Shown piece after piece: positions 61,520 to 64,000 of a stretch of 64,000 nt of DNA. A program made the position numbers and the translations under genes. Each line of letters starts with the position of its first letter. Position 1 is the stretch's first letter. This stretch comes from an uncultured delta proteobacterium (GTDB taxonomy: Bacteria; Desulfobacterota; Desulfobacteria; Desulfobacterales; JAFDCJ01): the NCBI GenBank assembly GCA_963769935.1, contig CAVYNY010000021.1, positions 97,331-161,330 of the forward strand. Reading direction: 5' to 3'. Under the pieces are notes generated by a model. The model was not told the origin of the DNA. It did not search any database and worked only from the letters and a program-made list of their open reading frames with translations.

Positions 61520-62677
61520 ATGATCGACAGAACGGTTTCAGACAAAACCATCCAGCTCGCGTCACAGTATCCCGTCGTAACCATCACGGGACCACGCCAA
61601 TCCGGCAAAACAACACTATGCAGGAAGCTTTTTCAAGATAAGGCATACGTTTCTCTGGAAGATATTGATGAACGCCAATATGCCACACAAGATCCACGTG
61701 GTTTCTTGAATCGATTCCCGGATGGCGCGGTGATAGATGAAATCCAGCGGGTACCGGATCTTCTATCCTACATCCAAACTATTGTCGACGAGAAGGGGAA
61801 AGAAGGTCTATTTATTATTACCGGGAGCCAGCAGTTTGAATTGTTGGAACGCATCTCTCAGTCCTTAGCAGGTCGCACAGCGCTGATCCGTCTTCTCCCA
61901 TTCTCGCTCGATGAAGCCTACGAAAAAAAGGCCGTCCCTCCTTCACTGGATCGGGTATTGTACACAGGTTTTTATCCTCGAATTTTCGACAAGAAGCTCA
62001 ATCCCACAGAGGCGATGCTTTTTTATGTCAACACTTACGTGGAAAGGGACTTGCGGCTGCTCATCAATGTTCAGGATCTTTCCAAATTTGAAGTCTTTTT
62101 GAAACTCTGCGCCGGAAGAACGGGACAAATACTGAACCTGACCAGCCTTGGAAACGATGCGGGAGTCAATCATGCCACTGTCAAGCGATGGATTTCAGTG
62201 CTGGAAGCCAGTTATGTTGTAAAACTGCTGCGCCCCTACTATAAAAACTTCAATAAGCGGCTGGTCAAATCTCCCAAGCTCTATTTTTTAGATACCGGGC
62301 TTGTGTCGTTTTTGCTCGATATTCAAAGTGAAACCCAGATGGCATCCCACCCGCTGAAAGGCGCAATCTTTGAAAGCTTTGTGGTATCCGAACTGCTGAA
62401 GCACCGTTTCAATGCCGGACTTACGGACAATCTATACTATTTCAGGGACAATACCGGGAATGAAATCGACGTGATCTGCGATCGAGGTCAACAGCTGACG
62501 TTGGTTGAAATCAAATCAGGCCAGACCATCACGTCCGATTTCTTCAAGGGTCTGCGCTTTTTCTCAAAACTAACAGGTAATCCCGATCGATCGTGTCTGG
62601 TTTATGGTGGGGATGGGACCTATGTCCGGGAAGGTATTGAAATCGTCGGCTGGCGGGAATTGCACAAAATAGTATGA
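61520..62677 (+). CDS. AAA+ ATPase with DUF4143 C-terminal domain
   Basis: ITGPRQSGKTT, IDEIQRVP, TGSQQ, SLAGR, KSPKLYFLDTG, YFRD..GNEID, VEIKS; AGGAGG RBS. Confidence 0.92.
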   Translation: MIDRTVSDKTIQLASQYPVVTITGPRQSGKTTLCRKLFQDKAYVSLEDIDERQYATQDPRGFLNRFPDGAVIDEIQRVPDLLSYIQTIVDEKGKEGLFIITGSQQFELLERISQSLAGRTALIRLLPFSLDEAYEKKAVPPSLDRVLYTGFYPRIFDKKLNPTEAMLFYVNTYVERDLRLLINVQDLSKFEVFLKLCAGRTGQILNLTSLGNDAGVNHATVKRWISVLEASYVVKLLRPYYKNFNKRLVKSPKLYFLDTGLVSFLLDIQSETQMASHPLKGAIFESFVVSELLKHRFNAGLTDNLYYFRDNTGNEIDVICDRGQQLTLVEIKSGQTITSDFFKGLRFFSKLTGNPDRSCLVYGGDGTYVREGIEIVGWRELHKIV

Positions 62678-62842
62678 GATAGAAACCGGTCCCTTTTATG
62701 CCCTTGAAAGAAAATTTCCCAATACAAATATTTTCCTTCTTCGAAAAAACACGGGACTTTCAGCTATTGATATCGAATAATAGGGGACGAAAAATAGGGG
62801 ACAGGTAAAAATGCTGATTCATTAAAATGAAAGGAGACTCCG

Positions 62843-63772
62843 ATGGCCCGTATTCCGAGAATCATGATCACCGGGGAGCCGACCGCCTATCACATCATGT
62901 CCAGAACCGCTCTGGAAGGCTACCCGGTGGATGATGTCAGATAAGGATTTTTTTGTCGAGCAGGTGGTGAAGTGGTGAAGCTCAGCAAGCTGTTTTTTGT
63001 AGAGGTTCTCGGGTTTTGCTGCATGGGTAACCACTTCCACCTCCTGGCGCGCATGCGCCCGGAAACCGACTTTACGGACAGCGAACTTAAAAAACGTCTG
63101 GCGGCTTTTTATGAAACGGAGCCGACCTTCTATGAAAACGGGCAGCTTCCGTATTTGCGGGAGAAACTGAGCAGCCTCTCGGAATACGTCCGGGAGATCA
63201 AGGTCCGCTTTACGCGGTTCTATAATAAACGCCACGGCCGCAGGGGATATTTCTGGGGGGACCGGTTTAAAAGCGTTGTGGTGGAAAACGGGGAGACGCT
63301 CATCAACTGCCTGGCCTACATTGATCTCAATCCTGTCCGGGCAGGGCTCGTTTCCCGGCCAGAAGACTATCGCTGGAACTCGATCGGCTATCATATTCAA
63401 ACCAAAAACAAAGATAATTTCCTATCCCTTGATTTCGGGCTGCGGCAATTCGGAGAAATGGACGATAAGGAGTGCCTTCGGCGGTATCGTCGGTTCCTCT
63501 ATGAAACCGGCGCCATGGATAAGGGGAAAGGGGTTCAGATCGATGCGTCGGTGGTTGAAAAAGAAAGGAAAAACGATTTTCAGCTAACCCGCACACGTCG
63601 CTTCCTCTATAGAACCCGCTATTTTACCGACTCGGGCATTATCGGTGGGAAAGCGTTCGTGTCCGATACCTACCAAAAAACCAAGAAGAAATTTCAAGCC
63701 AAGCGGGATAAAATTCCCAAACCTATTTCCGGGCTTTCCGGTATTTATTCCCTTAAACGACTTACGGAGTAA
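62843..63772 (+). mobile_element. REP-associated tyrosine transposase (RAYT, Y1/IS200-like HUH), frameshifted near 62935-62980
   Basis: MARIPR...AYHIMSRT, FCCMGNHFHLL (HUH), YNKRHGRRGYFWGDRFKS, YIDLNPVRAGLV.RPEDYRWNS; GTGGTGAA tandem duplication at the break. Confidence 0.88.
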
Positions 63773-64000
63773 ATGCCGAAATCTCAGGTTTTTCAATCTA
63801 TCGTTTCCAGCCACCTTACAGCAACCCCCATGTAAGTAAAGGATATCTGCGTCTACAATTCTGGAAAGGCACCTTTATTAGGTCGCCTATCACCGGAGAA
63901 CGTAAAAAAATCTCCAATTTGTATTCTTCTTATCAACCTGAAAATATGAAAAAGAGGATAGATCCACCTCGCTGAAAGCAAATATACATAATAAACCTGT

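Overview
This window holds a nearly complete bacterial flagellar region. Gene order and protein style suggest Desulfobacterota/Desulfobacterales (inference, not a database result). Positions 1-29.9 kb are minus-strand operons for the basal body, export apparatus, motor, hook and regulators: two sigma54 activators, flgBC-fliEFGHIJ, fliK-flgD-flgE-flbD, and motA-motB1-motB2-fliLMNOPQR-flhBAFG-fliA. Positions 30.6-33.4 kb carry an HDOD/CheX/receiver-STAS signalling block. Positions 33.8-35.6 kb carry an alphaproteobacterial-type flagellin with flbT and flaF. Positions 35.9-59.6 kb are a large glycosylation/modification island: a TPR-OGT-like enzyme, a ~2150-aa multi-glycosyltransferase, a perosamine-synthase-like aminotransferase, a 1504-aa GT2-TPR-methyltransferase-radical SAM-methyltransferase polyprotein, a TPR-Ig-like protein, an FAD oxidoreductase, a TPR-GT9 and a Maf-like protein. 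Positions 58.4-64 kb are a decaying mobile/defence patch with a group II intron 3' remnant, toxin-antitoxin-like pseudogenes, a duplicated AAA-ATPase end and a RAYT transposase. Five good sigma54 and three sigma28 promoter matches can be read from the sequence, and they tie the glycosylation island into the flagellar regulon. The most unusual items are a MotB paralog lacking the conserved ion-binding Asp next to a normal MotB, FlhF fused to an Ada-type Zn domain, and the radical-SAM-containing glycan-tailoring polyprotein. Clusters of single-base frameshifts (motB1, flgD/flgE, flagellin, glycosyltransferases) look like sequencing or assembly errors. All family calls are by eye from motifs; no searches were run.
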